The translations under genes were made by a program, and so were the position numbers. The notes below the pieces were generated by a model, which had not been told where the DNA came from, searched no databases, and saw only the letters and a program-made list of their open reading frames with translations. Shown here piece after piece: positions 19,247-30,700 of a DNA stretch of 64,000 bases. Origin of the DNA: an uncultured Gemmatimonadota bacterium (GTDB taxonomy: Bacteria > SM23-81 > DAOVCL01); the NCBI GenBank assembly GCA_964626665.1, contig CAZVGK010000015.1:1-64000 (forward strand), read 5' to 3'. The first letter of the stretch is position 1. Every line of letters starts with the position of its first letter.

Positions 19247-22030
19247 CTACCGAAGGTTGCCCAGCAAGCCTTTCACCCAAGAGACTTGCTCGAGGTCATT
19301 CCACAACCAATCGTAGGCCAGTTCTGTTGCGGAGTTCGGGCGGAATATATCGAGACCTTCCTTGTGTAGCGTTACACCAATCCATTCGGCTGCCTCGGGG
19401 CGTAAGGAACGTACTCGATCAAAGCTTGTTTGAAGAATATCGGAGTCCGGGTAGTGAAGGTGTTCGCCGAGGTGGAGATCGACCGTAGTTTTGCTACCGT
19501 GCGGCAACGCCTCCAAATACCATTTGATAACGGGACCAACCTGGATTCCTTTATCCGGCTGCGGTGGGGCTACTATACCTACAAAGCGAGCAGGTAATGT
19601 TGCCGCTGTCTGCAGTCTATGTGTGAACTTCTGAAGCCACATATCAACGAGTCGCTGGTATCCCTCAAGCGCTCCCGCATATACAGCCTTCGCGCGAGTA
19701 AGTATCTGCTTGTCGGTATAAGGACTCCAAATCCATCCTCCGCTGAAGTCTCGGTCCGGTCCAGGCCAAGGACTACACAATTCTGTCTCGCCAGCCCCAT
19801 GGAGGCGATTCACCTCCGCCCTGAATTGGTTAAGATCGTACCGCCGTCCGCCTGTGCCAACGGGACCAGCATCCTCTGGCAACCGGGAGAGACGTTCTTC
19901 GATTTCGGCGAGAGGGATGGGGCCGGGATGCAGTGATCCGCGTCCGGTAACCGCTAGTGCAGCTTGCCACACGGCTTCGCGCGCAAGGGGGCCCTTGCTA
20001 ACCGGTAGTGCACGATGTTGCAACAAATTTGAGAGTGAGGAGACGAGCTCATCAAGTGCCCATCGCCAAGCCCATGCCGGCTGGCGGCCAGGCCTAGCCC
20101 TCCGAAGCCTAGTCCAATTAGTTGATAATGAGCCAAAGACATGAACGTCCGATGGTAACTCGACCACCTTAGCTAGATCATCGTCCCCACGATACCAGGC
20201 GGTTGTAAGCCACACCCCGCTTGTGTGTGCGCCAACTGACAGAAGCGTGCCATCCTTGCGAACTGGTGCAATCAACTGGGCGAGCGGGCCGATGCCACTT
20301 GTCCATGCTTGCATCGCTGTCCGTACTCGCTTCCCGCATTCGAGCGGCGGCGGTGGTGGCACGTCCTCCACAAGACCCCAACGCGCCAGTCCCTCGTTTA
20401 CAATCTCAGCAGCGAGAGCAGGATGCCTCTCAGCGAGCGGCGCGAGCAGCTTCGATACTTGGTCGTGGTTGAAAGTACCAGCAAAGATGATGAATGGGTA
20501 TCGCCAGTGCTCAAGTCGCTGAGAGTCGCTTATAAGAACTTCGGCCTTGGGAACACCGGCAGCCAGACTCTGCGCTGCAAACCACTGAGTCAAGATGGGT
20601 AAGGGAAAAGCAAGTGCTCCAGAGCGCTCGACGACCAATCCTGAATTTAAAAGCTGCTGCAACTCAGCTTTTGAGGCAACTTCTGCAGCGGAGACTGGTC
20701 CACCATTACGGTCAGTAGAAAGGCTCGCGAGCCGTTGTAGCAACCAGTTGGCGTTGGTGAGGTTAACTTTCACTCGACTGAGGGCGCGCTCGACGAGACT
20801 TGACAACAACTCCCCTGTCGAGCGTGGCGCTCTCATGTCTTGCTCCCGCAGGTAAATACCCAGCAGCACGGCAAACAAGGGGCAGCGAACGGCGTCCTGA
20901 ACCGATTTTGGCCAACTCCAAGCCGTGGATGCTGTGACCGGATGTCCTGAAAACCGGCCAATGAGAGCATACGCTTCCGCTTCAGAAAGCTGGGGGACTT
21001 GAACAGCTTCCTCTGCTTCAGTAAGATTCGGGATTGGTCTACTGGTGATAACTGTCTTAGTTTTTGGCCATGTACCGACAAGAACACGAGCTTCATTGAG
21101 CAACTCGGCAGCAAGACCAGTTCCGACCTCATCAGCTCCGTCGATGATGATCGCCGCACCTTGTATTTGCGGATTGCCTAAGCCACTAGCGGCTGCTTCT
21201 ACAGCTTCTCTCAGCCGTTCTACAGCAGATCTCGCGTCTAGATAGACAGGGACAGGGGTATTGGCGTTGTCTCGCGCTCTCATGACCGCGTCTTGAAGAA
21301 GGCGCTCCGCTGTCAGCGACTTGCCCACGCCGATTTCTCCTATAAGTAGAAGAATCGGCTTCTCAGCGTGGGGTTGCAGCTCAGACCTGAGTGCCCCGAC
21401 GGAGAGGTTGTCAGCAAGATTGGAAGCTTCGGCCCAAGGCACTCCTGCAGCTTGCCAGCGCATGATGCACCGTGCCCTCGAGGCCCGACCGATCTCCTCT
21501 AACCGAGCGAGACGGCCGAGACCCCGCTTACCACGCATAGCCCACACGATTTCATCCCCCAAGGTCAAATCGAGCGCCTGTCGTAGGCCACCTGCTGCGG
21601 TCGTGTCAATCCACTTTGCCTGAGGCTTAACTTCTTGCAGCAAGGTTTTTGTCACCTCATCCTGTTGTTCTGCGGGTAGTTTCATCACCCATAAGCGACG
21701 GTTGCTGGCCAGCGCCTCGCGGATCTCCTTTTGAACTGGCTTCGTAGTCTTCTCCCCCACAAGCCATATTACGACATCAGCTTCCCGAACTTTGCGCAGG
21801 TAGCCCTCGTCGACAGGCTCCGAACTGGCAGGGGTGTACTCGAATGCCCACGAGGTCAGCCACGGGACGCGATTGAGCGTGTGGACTGTTTCTTGGCGCA
21901 CTTCGTCAAGCTCTGGGCACATTACACTGCTCACAAACGCAATTAGCGGCGGTTCGCCTGGCTTGATGGGTGGACGGCCGGAAACTGGACCTTTTTGCTC
22001 TTTCTCATATCTGGCATTTGGGCCTTTCAT
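19247..22030 (-). CDS. DUF4062 (TIR/NDT-like) plus NACHT-type STAND NTPase, candidate antiphage protein
   Basis: N-terminal FVSSVM..L...R...AFE...YLRKVREADVVIWL; Walker A GEIGVGKS; Walker B IIIDGADE; PLF motif; ATG overlaps the R-M stop. Confidence 0.75.
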   Translation of the reverse strand: MKGPNARYEKEQKGPVSGRPPIKPGEPPLIAFVSSVMCPELDEVRQETVHTLNRVPWLTSWAFEYTPASSEPVDEGYLRKVREADVVIWLVGEKTTKPVQKEIREALASNRRLWVMKLPAEQQDEVTKTLLQEVKPQAKWIDTTAAGGLRQALDLTLGDEIVWAMRGKRGLGRLARLEEIGRASRARCIMRWQAAGVPWAEASNLADNLSVGALRSELQPHAEKPILLLIGEIGVGKSLTAERLLQDAVMRARDNANTPVPVYLDARSAVERLREAVEAAASGLGNPQIQGAAIIIDGADEVGTGLAAELLNEARVLVGTWPKTKTVITSRPIPNLTEAEEAVQVPQLSEAEAYALIGRFSGHPVTASTAWSWPKSVQDAVRCPLFAVLLGIYLREQDMRAPRSTGELLSSLVERALSRVKVNLTNANWLLQRLASLSTDRNGGPVSAAEVASKAELQQLLNSGLVVERSGALAFPLPILTQWFAAQSLAAGVPKAEVLISDSQRLEHWRYPFIIFAGTFNHDQVSKLLAPLAERHPALAAEIVNEGLARWGLVEDVPPPPPLECGKRVRTAMQAWTSGIGPLAQLIAPVRKDGTLLSVGAHTSGVWLTTAWYRGDDDLAKVVELPSDVHVFGSLSTNWTRLRRARPGRQPAWAWRWALDELVSSLSNLLQHRALPVSKGPLAREAVWQAALAVTGRGSLHPGPIPLAEIEERLSRLPEDAGPVGTGGRRYDLNQFRAEVNRLHGAGETELCSPWPGPDRDFSGGWIWSPYTDKQILTRAKAVYAGALEGYQRLVDMWLQKFTHRLQTAATLPARFVGIVAPPQPDKGIQVGPVIKWYLEALPHGSKTTVDLHLGEHLHYPDSDILQTSFDRVRSLRPEAAEWIGVTLHKEGLDIFRPNSATELAYDWLWNDLEQVSWVKGLLGNLR

Positions 22031-25000
22031 CACTGCGTTGCCTCCTCCACAATCTTAATCTCCTCCTCCGTCAACCCGTATAGCTCGTAAACCAGCCGGT
22101 CAATCTGTTGGTCGGTGGCGTCAATCTGCCGCTGGAGCCGGGTCTTCTCGTCTGGTGTCTTGGCCACTGCCAGGCGCTTGTGCAATTCCAGCATCTGCTC
22201 TACCAGTTCCACCATTCGGTCGTGATGGGCTTTGTCAGAAACCGAGGTCAAATCAAGGACAGGTATTGGAGTTGATTCTATGTATTGTTTGGAAAACCTG
22301 AAGTAACCACCACGCATCTGCGTACTTTTAGCAAAGACAATAGCTCCAAAAAGCCTGGAGTTCAGAATGCCTAACAAATAGGGAAGACTAATGGTTTCAT
22401 CCAATGAGCGAATACCATAAAAAGGGCCGCCACCGCCACCTGTCATGTAAAGTTTTCGATCATCATAGATCACCGTTGGTCTTAACGCAAGGACTTGAAT
22501 GATCAACTTAGGTTCTTCCATCTGTGTCAGATTTTGAGATCGCCCAAAGGCATACCATTTTTCATGATTCCACTTGCCTTTTTCTCGAGACCTTAGCGCC
22601 TTTTCATGAGATTTTAGATGAGCCCATGCATTTGGGAATTTATCTTCAAAATCACCTTGTGATATAAGCGTTGCTTTCTTGTTCTGCAAATAATAAGGAA
22701 ACAACATCCAGTAGGAAGTTTGGGGGAATCCATAGGGTGGAATGGAACTCGGTTTTAAAAAACGGTGAAGAACCTGTGGTTCTATGTTGTGAGGGTTTTC
22801 AAATACGAAAACTCTATCAGCACCAGTCACGAGGCCTTGAAATATTTTGCTTATGTCCCCCAACGTTACTGGCATCTTGTTCAACTCTTCGAAGAGATCC
22901 GATCCTTTTCCCACGATAAAATTCCATTCTGAAGCCAAAGTTTCCCCCGCATCAAATTTGCCCTCAGTCGCTTCTGCATTCGTTCTCCATGCTGTTAAGT
23001 TATCCACCCTGGCAAATTCAAATTGATTACAGATGGCCTTATCTAAAAAGAGCAAGCAAGTATATGTTGAGGCTCCTGAAAATATCTGCTGCGCACCGAA
23101 ATGAATGATCTTTGAAATATGTCTACCCTTGGAGAGGATTTCACGTAGGGGCTCACCATACTTTGCATTGAAAAACTTGTGTGGCAAAATGTAGCCCATG
23201 CGACCTCGGTCATTGAGCAGTTGTAACGCTCGTTCCACAAAGACCACATAAATGTCGTAATTTCCTATGGAAGCGGAGTAATAGTGTTGCTTGTAAAATT
23301 CTACCTCTGTGGGTGCCCACTCCCTCAACGCTTGAATCCGGACATACGGTGGATTGCCGATTACTGCATCGAAGCCACCTGCCTTTATAATCTCTGGGAA
23401 TTCCGTTTCCCAGTCAAAGACATTAATGCGGTAGCGTTCTTCCTCGGCGAGCAGGCTCATCTGCTGATTATCGTAAAAGTCGGGGCCGATGAGGGAGTTG
23501 CCGCATTTAATGTTATCTCCCAGATCGGGGAGTGCCCGCTCTCGCCAAAGCTTTTGTTGGCTTTCCAAGGTATCCTGGCTTTCCCCCTCCAAGACCTTGA
23601 GCAGGAGGTTAAGCTTGGTTACCTCCACGGCCTGACTGTCTATATCTACACCGTAGATGTTGTTTAACAGAATCCGTTTCTTCTCCTGGGTGGTGAGCCA
23701 CCACTGGCCGCCAGGGCCCTGGTAGATAGGGATCTGGGGTCGGGGGCCGGGGACCAAGGAGCGGAGGGCCCTGGCCGGGATTTTGCCCCTGAAATCCCTT
23801 GATGGGAGGAAGTGTTCCACATACCAGTCACGGTGGTAGTCCAGAAGATAGCTATAGGCACCGATCAAGAAGGAACCAGAGCCACAGGCAGGGTCTAAGA
23901 TGCGAAGGTTGACTATCTGCTTAGGGTTTTTGCCGTTACACAATTTTCCTAAAGTGTTTTCTACAATGTAATTCACGATATAGGTAGGTGTATAGTAAAC
24001 TCCACCGGCTTTCTTCACCTCTGGTTTGTCCTCAACCTTGGCCTGATGCTTAGGGGTGAGCCTGATCACTTTTCCCAGGAACTGTTCGTAGACATTGCCC
24101 AGTATATCAGAACCAAGGACGGAGAACTCATAAGGGCTCTCCGGATAGTAGAGGAAGCGGATGATCTCCTTGAGCACTTTATCGTCAATTATGAGGGCTG
24201 GAGTGAGGTCATCCGGTGGTTCGGCCCGATCCCTTTCGGCTCGGAAATGGAAGAGGCCGGAGTTATATTTGTCATCGGCAAGGCCGTAGAGGTAGTTTAG
24301 GCGGGCATAGGTTTTTGTGCCGTTGAGCAAGGCCTGAAGCTGGCCATAGGTCTCAATGCCCCGATCCTCACACATCCGCAGGAAGATGATGCGGTCAATG
24401 GTGCGCTGCACAGCGAAATTAAGCTCCCTTACAGATAGGGTAGGGTTACGCAGGGCAATGTTGCGGGCCAGGGCATTACGCCACTGTTCTATCTCCTTTA
24501 AAAATTCCACATCAACCGGGGAGGTGCCTTTTTTCCCTTTGGTTGTCTCGGCAAAACGATCAAAGGAACCCTTTAAAACTGACTCCTTAGAAAAGATCTC
24601 GGCGATCTCGTTCCAACGAGTGGGATAATCTTTGTAGGACAGGTAGAAAATCCTGTCTATGCTTGGCCTGTCTGTTGGCTTGGGGCGGATGCGGCAGTCA
24701 TAGACGGCAAACTCTTCAAAGTCGGTAAGTATGGAAAGGGGGAGCTTGGCGCTCCAGGCATAGCGGCGCAGTTGATAGGCAGGGCTTATATTCCCCTTAA
24801 GGTCAATGGCTGGTTTCTTCGCTTCCAAGAAGAATTTGCGAGCGCCACCAATGCGAAAGCAGTAATCCGGGGCCTTGGTGGCCCCACCAACCTTGATCGC
24901 ATCCTCGAAGATAACATCCTTGTAGGCCTCGGCATAACCGGCCCTGTTGGAGACATCCCATCCCAATTTCTCAAAGAAGGGTTCGATGAACTCTCGCCGC

Positions 25001-25113
25001 ACCTGAGCTTCGTTGTAGCCCAGGCTGCGGTAGGAGGATAGATTCCTCTCAAACCGCTCTACCAGGTCCAGGATCAGACTGGGCACATCAATGTTTGATC
25101 TCTTATTGCTCAT
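22030..25113 (-). CDS. Type IIG (Eco57I/TaqI-C-like) restriction-modification enzyme
   Basis: PDY...FLEAKK nuclease; GVYYTP, ILDPACGSGSFL, GVDID, GNPPY N6-methyltransferase motifs; TRD; LYGLTEEEIKIVE tail. Confidence 0.93.
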   Translation of the reverse strand: MSNKRSNIDVPSLILDLVERFERNLSSYRSLGYNEAQVRREFIEPFFEKLGWDVSNRAGYAEAYKDVIFEDAIKVGGATKAPDYCFRIGGARKFFLEAKKPAIDLKGNISPAYQLRRYAWSAKLPLSILTDFEEFAVYDCRIRPKPTDRPSIDRIFYLSYKDYPTRWNEIAEIFSKESVLKGSFDRFAETTKGKKGTSPVDVEFLKEIEQWRNALARNIALRNPTLSVRELNFAVQRTIDRIIFLRMCEDRGIETYGQLQALLNGTKTYARLNYLYGLADDKYNSGLFHFRAERDRAEPPDDLTPALIIDDKVLKEIIRFLYYPESPYEFSVLGSDILGNVYEQFLGKVIRLTPKHQAKVEDKPEVKKAGGVYYTPTYIVNYIVENTLGKLCNGKNPKQIVNLRILDPACGSGSFLIGAYSYLLDYHRDWYVEHFLPSRDFRGKIPARALRSLVPGPRPQIPIYQGPGGQWWLTTQEKKRILLNNIYGVDIDSQAVEVTKLNLLLKVLEGESQDTLESQQKLWRERALPDLGDNIKCGNSLIGPDFYDNQQMSLLAEEERYRINVFDWETEFPEIIKAGGFDAVIGNPPYVRIQALREWAPTEVEFYKQHYYSASIGNYDIYVVFVERALQLLNDRGRMGYILPHKFFNAKYGEPLREILSKGRHISKIIHFGAQQIFSGASTYTCLLFLDKAICNQFEFARVDNLTAWRTNAEATEGKFDAGETLASEWNFIVGKGSDLFEELNKMPVTLGDISKIFQGLVTGADRVFVFENPHNIEPQVLHRFLKPSSIPPYGFPQTSYWMLFPYYLQNKKATLISQGDFEDKFPNAWAHLKSHEKALRSREKGKWNHEKWYAFGRSQNLTQMEEPKLIIQVLALRPTVIYDDRKLYMTGGGGGPFYGIRSLDETISLPYLLGILNSRLFGAIVFAKSTQMRGGYFRFSKQYIESTPIPVLDLTSVSDKAHHDRMVELVEQMLELHKRLAVAKTPDEKTRLQRQIDATDQQIDRLVYELYGLTEEEIKIVEEATQ

Positions 25114-25301
25114 TTTTTAGATAAGATGGACAGGATGGCAAAATTGGGTAAGCCCTGTCAGCCTAATTTAATCTTAGATCCGATAGGGGAGGGGTTCTGC
25201 CGACACCAAACTCACCCTCTCCTTAGCCCTCCCCCATCAAGGGGGAGGAAATTGTTTGGGAGCCGTTAGTGGCTATCTCCATTTTGTAATTCGAAGCTTC
25301 G

Positions 25302-25973
25302 TCAGTCTTCCTCTATCAACTCCTCAGGAATCTCATCTATGGGGAAGAAGTACTTGAAATTATCAGGGCCCAACTTTGCCTCCAGCTTTTGCATAATTGC
25401 CTGCACATTATCATCTGGGCCACTTATATAAAATGGCTTTCCATTTTTGCCAAATTCCACCTCGGTAATCTCTCCAAACTTATCTCTTTCCTCCAGGATA
25501 TACTTGGACAGTTTGAAATCCTTTTGCGGCTTGAAGCCCAGCTCTGAGGCATAATCAATTGCCCCATAGATGATCTGATGGGCTAAGTCCACCGGACATT
25601 CAACGGGGTTTTGCTCCTGGTATATCTTAGCCTTCAAGTCCCCTTCATAATTCGACATAGAGAAGTTGGCATGGCAGAAGGTATTCTTCAGGCCGAGGCA
25701 GAATATATCTATCAGGTAGACTCCAAAAACGAGGTTTCCATCTGCTTGCTGGCGGGAGAGCAGGATGTTGGCCATTCCTCGCTCTTTCCAGGAAGCATTT
25801 ATCAGACATTCATAAACGGGGTAATGGAGGGCATTGTAGATGATGCTCTTGGGGGATAAATGAGTCCAGGCCGAGGAGAAGAGACCTTCCTTTTTAGCCT
25901 TTTTCTTCCTCAACTTGTCCTTTTGCCTCTTCTTCATCAGTGTCTTCTGCCTTCGCTTTTTGTCTCTTCCCAT
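25302..25973 (-). CDS. Conserved hypothetical protein with basic N-terminus
   Basis: Start moved to ATG 25973 (SD GGAGG); YLIDIFCLGLKN, GKPFYISGPDDN. Confidence 0.75.
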   Translation of the reverse strand: MGRDKKRRQKTLMKKRQKDKLRKKKAKKEGLFSSAWTHLSPKSIIYNALHYPVYECLINASWKERGMANILLSRQQADGNLVFGVYLIDIFCLGLKNTFCHANFSMSNYEGDLKAKIYQEQNPVECPVDLAHQIIYGAIDYASELGFKPQKDFKLSKYILEERDKFGEITEVEFGKNGKPFYISGPDDNVQAIMQKLEAKLGPDNFKYFFPIDEIPEELIEED

Positions 25974-26603
25974 TTTTAGCCCTCCAGAAGGAGCAGTCGG
26001 TAAATCCAACCGTCCTTTTTTTAGGTTTTGTAACAGTTCACCACGGATAGCCATAGATTTCACTGAATCTCTTTGGAACATTCACCCCGCACTTATGCAT
26101 AAGTGCAGGGCGAATAAACGAATCTACACGGATAGATAAATTTACCACGGAACTGCAAAGCTTACCACGGAAATTCACGGAACCACACGAAAAAGAGCAA
26201 GTAAAAATTGAGAATTAAGAATGAAATTTATGCTGGCTATCCCCAATCCCTGTTTTTTTGTGCATAGTCCGTGGTTGTCCGTGGTGAAATTACCACAGAA
26301 TCTCACGGAAAAAAGCAATTGAGAATTAAAAATTAAGAATTAAAACAGATTGCACGGATAGTAAAAAAGATACTTGAGGTCCCAGGCATTCTCCTGATAT
26401 ATACCGCTTCTCGCCTAGGCAGCCTGGAAAACTTTGCCCAAATAAAAAGCTCTTACGAAATTGTAGCACAGGGGACAGGGACCGGCAGTCAGTGGTAAAT
26501 AATCAGGAGTCAGCTGTGGTCGGTTTCCCCCAAGGTTGCTGCCCTTTGGTCAAAGAGTTTAGCAAATCTATCTCTGTTATATTGGGGCATTCTACGCTAA
26601 CTT

Positions 26604-27503
26604 TTAGTTTCCCTTTTCTGATGTTTCCTCAAATGCCTTTTTCAATGCTGCCTTTTCTGTGATGGTGTATGCCTTGGCCAGCAGAAGGTTGAGGTTTTTA
26701 TTTCCTATAGTGAAAGGGGACTTCCCCAGCCTCTTCAGGATCGGATTTTCCACCTCAGGTGGAGAGGGATCGACCACAAAGGAGTCCAGGGCCTTCCCGG
26801 CCAGCCAAAACTCCTCCGGGGATCCGCTAAAAGAGAGGACCGGCTCCCCCTTGGGGGGAGATTTTCCCTCCGACTTCGCTGTGGCCTCTGGCTGGACCTC
26901 GGTCCGTTTCTCCCGCAGGGTTTTAGTAATCTCTTCCTTTGTTCTGCCCCTCAGCTTGAAGATGAGGAATGGGTCCTCATCGAAGCGCTCTGCCAGAAGA
27001 TAGTAGACAGCAGCGATATGCTTGCAGGGGTTAGCCCAATCAGGACAGGAGCAACTGGTGATCAGCTCCCTTCTTTTCTGGGGAAAGAGCGAAACCTTAG
27101 CCTGGGCAAAGGCCTCCTCTATATTTTGGGGCATCTCTCCAGCCAGCAACTTGGCCACAAATATGGCCTTGGATGTCATTGCATCTGCCACTTTATCCCA
27201 ATTCTTATCGGAGAGGGGATGCAACTGAATCTTGACCGCATAGGGTTTTCGCCTCGTCCCCTGGACCTTGGCTATTACCTCCCCCTTTTCCACATCAATG
27301 GAGACCACCTGGCCTCTGCGGGCATAGGAACGTCCTCTGGTGAGCCTGGCCCCCATATTAAAGGACTCCAGAACGCCAATCCAACGTTTGGACCACCAGG
27401 TCTCGCCGATTTTTCCCCGTTGGCTTTTCGCCTTGATACCATCCTTGACCTTCTTGGGCCTTGCCGGTGGGTAATATTGCCAGTAGCTATCCCATCGAGG
27501 CAT
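26604..27503 (-). CDS. SWIM zinc-finger protein
   Basis: RGRSYARRGQV, CSCPDWANPCKHIAAV. Confidence 0.92.
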   Translation of the reverse strand: MPRWDSYWQYYPPARPKKVKDGIKAKSQRGKIGETWWSKRWIGVLESFNMGARLTRGRSYARRGQVVSIDVEKGEVIAKVQGTRRKPYAVKIQLHPLSDKNWDKVADAMTSKAIFVAKLLAGEMPQNIEEAFAQAKVSLFPQKRRELITSCSCPDWANPCKHIAAVYYLLAERFDEDPFLIFKLRGRTKEEITKTLREKRTEVQPEATAKSEGKSPPKGEPVLSFSGSPEEFWLAGKALDSFVVDPSPPEVENPILKRLGKSPFTIGNKNLNLLLAKAYTITEKAALKKAFEETSEKGN

Positions 27504-27745
27504 ATTTCCCTCCTCTGGAGCTTAGCTCCTTTTGACCGCTAACTTCTTTGCATTGGAATTGCCATAAAGTGTGCTGTCAGGAGTTACCTCCTGACAGCTC
27601 TTACAATAATAGACAGGATGGACACGATGAAAAAATCCCGTAAATCCTGTTCATCCTGTTAGAAAAACTCCACCGCAGGGGGCTAAGTTCACTCTGATCC
27701 CGTCTCTGCTTGCCTGGGTTGATAAGGAGTAACCTTTGTCGGTGG

Positions 27746-30700
27746 TTAATCACTGACTGCCTCCTTGCTCAGGGTAAAGACCTCCCTCAGTTGATTGGTG
27801 GAGAGTTCTGTGAGCCAGCCCTCGCCTGCGCCGATGATCTTTTCGGCTAGCTCCTTTTTTAACTCGATCATCTGGTCTATCCGCTCCTCCAGCGTGCCGA
27901 TACAGACGAACTTGTGCACCTCTACATTCTTGGTTTGGCCAATGCGGAAGGCCCGGTCGGTTGCCTGATTCTCCACTGCTGGGTTCCACCAGCGGTCGAA
28001 GTGGAAGACATGGTTGGCGGCAGTGAGGTTGAGCCCAAGTCCACCAGCCTTGAGGGAGAGGATGAAGAGAGATGGCCCCCGGCGGTCATTCTGGAACCTT
28101 TCCACCATATTGTCGCGCTGTCTCTTGGGGGTGCTACCATAAAGGAAGATTACCTCGCATCCCAGTTTTTCTTGTAGATAACGATGCAATATACCCCCCA
28201 TACTGGAGAACTGGGTGAAGATCAGGGCCTTGTCTTCCTCGGCGAGAACCACTTCCAGCATCTCCTCTAACCTCTTGAGCTTGCCTGAGCGTCCGAGGAG
28301 GATACTCCCATCCTGCAGGAAGAGAGCCGGATGGTTGCAGATCTGCTTGAGCTTCATCAGGGTGGCCAGCACCAGTCCCTTTCGTTCGATCCCCTCTGAA
28401 TTCTCTATCTTCTCCAGCATTTCCTTGACCACCGCCTCATAGAGCGATGCCTGCTCCGATGTGAGGTTACAGAAGACCTTCATCTCCATCTTCTTCGGCA
28501 GATCTTTGATGACCTTTGGGTCTGTCTTCAACCGCCTGAGCACAAAGGGTTGGATTATCCTTCTGAGCGACTGAGCCCGTTGGGGATTTCTATACTTCTC
28601 AATGGGTAGGGCGAAATTGGTGCGGAAATCTTTGGCAGATCTAAGATAACCTGGGTTGAGGAACTCCATAATCGACCAGAGCTCGGAGAGACGGTTCTCC
28701 ACAGGGGTGCCGGTGAGGGCTATGCGGTGGTTGGCCTTCAGTTTTCTTATGGCCTGGGTCTGCTTGGCAGATGGGTTCTTGATATTCTGTGCCTCGTCTA
28801 AGCCAATGTTCTCCCAGTGGACCGCGGAGAAGGTCTCTTGATCTCTATAGGCCAAAGCATAGGTGCTGAGGACCAGATCATTTTTCTTTGCCTCCCTCTT
28901 AAAGGTTCTACCTGTGAGCCTGTTAGGACCATGGTGAACCATAACCCTGAGCGAGGGGGCAAACCTCTCCACCTCCCTCTGCCAGTTGCCCACAACCGAC
29001 ATCGGGCAGATGAGGAGCGTGGGACCGGGCTTGGCCTTTTTGTTCTTCCTCTCGTGGAGCAGAAGGGCGATGAGCTGGATAGTCTTGCCCAGGCCCATAT
29101 CGTCAGCCAGACAGGCACCAAGACCAAACTCTTTCAGGAATACAAGCCAGCTAAGCCCTTTTACCTGATAGGGACGGAGTTTGCCTTGGAAGGCTCTGGG
29201 TGGTTTGAGTGGAGTTAACTGAACATCATCGGAGAGCCTTTGCAGGAGATCGTTTAACCTACCCTCGGCCACCACTCCCACCACGGGGAGGCCCACTGCC
29301 GGCTCCTGGCCACCAAGTCCGAGCCGCATAGCCTCACCCAACTCCATCTGACCATCACCGTGCCTCTTCTGGAAGAAGGCAATGGCCGATTCGATCTCCT
29401 CCCGCCGCAGCTCTACCCACTCCCCTCTTACCTTAACTAAGGGGACTTTTAAGCTGGAGAGTTTCTCGAATTCTTCAGGGGAAAGGGTCTCCTCTCCAAT
29501 GGCCACCTCCCAATCGTATGACACGATACCATTTAGGCCCAGAAGGCCGGAACTGGTTCCAGTGGAGGATTTTGGTAAGGTCAACTTCAGTTTAATCCCT
29601 ACCTTATTTCTCCGTTTCTGCCACCAGGAGGGGAGGAGAAGGCCGAAGCCGCTCTCCTCTAAGAGGGGAGCTGACTGGCGGAGGAAGGCGTACGCCTTCT
29701 CGGTTTTCATCTTTAGTTCCACCGGCCTGGGGGTCTGCAGGCTTTCCTCAATGGTCGGGAAAAGCCGGGAAGCCCTCCCCAGGTCGGCTAAGAGCCTCTC
29801 CTGGGGGTTTTCAAACCTCCGCTTGAGGAAGGTAACCACCCTTGACCTTGACCTCCAGACCTTCTCTGCTGGAACAAGCAGGCTGCGATCGTCTTTGGCC
29901 TGAAGCCAGAAACTTATCTTCCATTCCTTTTCCTGGTCATCAACTGGGGGGTCGAGCCTGAAACAGGTGCGAAAGGGAGCCCCTGAATCTGCGGGCTTGA
30001 CCTGGCTCAGCCAGGGGCGAGCCTTTTCCAGGAAGGGGAGGATCTCCTTGTCCGATGCCTTAATCGTCGGATCGGTAGAGCTCAGGGCTTCAAGCAATCT
30101 TTCTGCTAGGGTAGGCTTGTGGCCCTTACGGGGAGAAAAGAACGATCCTGGGTTCAGGCTCCTGCGCACAAAGCCGTCCAGGGTGCGATGCAGAAAGCTC
30201 AAGAGGAGTTCTGAGGGTAGGGGGGACCTGCCAGGGAGCAAGCGACAAATAGGGGGCATTGCCTCGGTGAGGTAAAAGATTCTTTCAGCTTCCCCTCCCC
30301 CGATAACGGCTTCCCAGCGGGCCTGAAGGTATCGTTTGCCATCCTCTATCTTCTCGCTGATTGTTGGCGCATACTGCCCTTTAATGATCAACTGCAAGGA
30401 GAATTTGGCTACTTCCATCCAAAAACGAAGGGAATCACTAAAGGCAACTCCGTGAGGAGATTGGCTGGACAGGGAAAGGAGGAATTTCAGAGCCAGGTCA
30501 GGATCTGCTTTCAGGAAAGGGACATCCCAGGGCAAGAGATCAGTCTCCTTCATAGTTTCCATAGGTTCCTCCCGAATTAACCAGGGGGAAGGAAGAGGTC
30601 CCTGGGGACTGGAGGGTAGAAGGATGGGAGTAACTTGCCAGGCTGCACTTTTCCAGGGAATCCGGGGAGAGAGATCCTCTAATGCTCCTTTTAGCTCCTC

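Noticed and set aside
18764-19280. ORFs of 63-94 aa as genes
   Set aside because: The 63-aa ORF is explained by the frameshifted R-M tail remnant; the others lack SD and motifs
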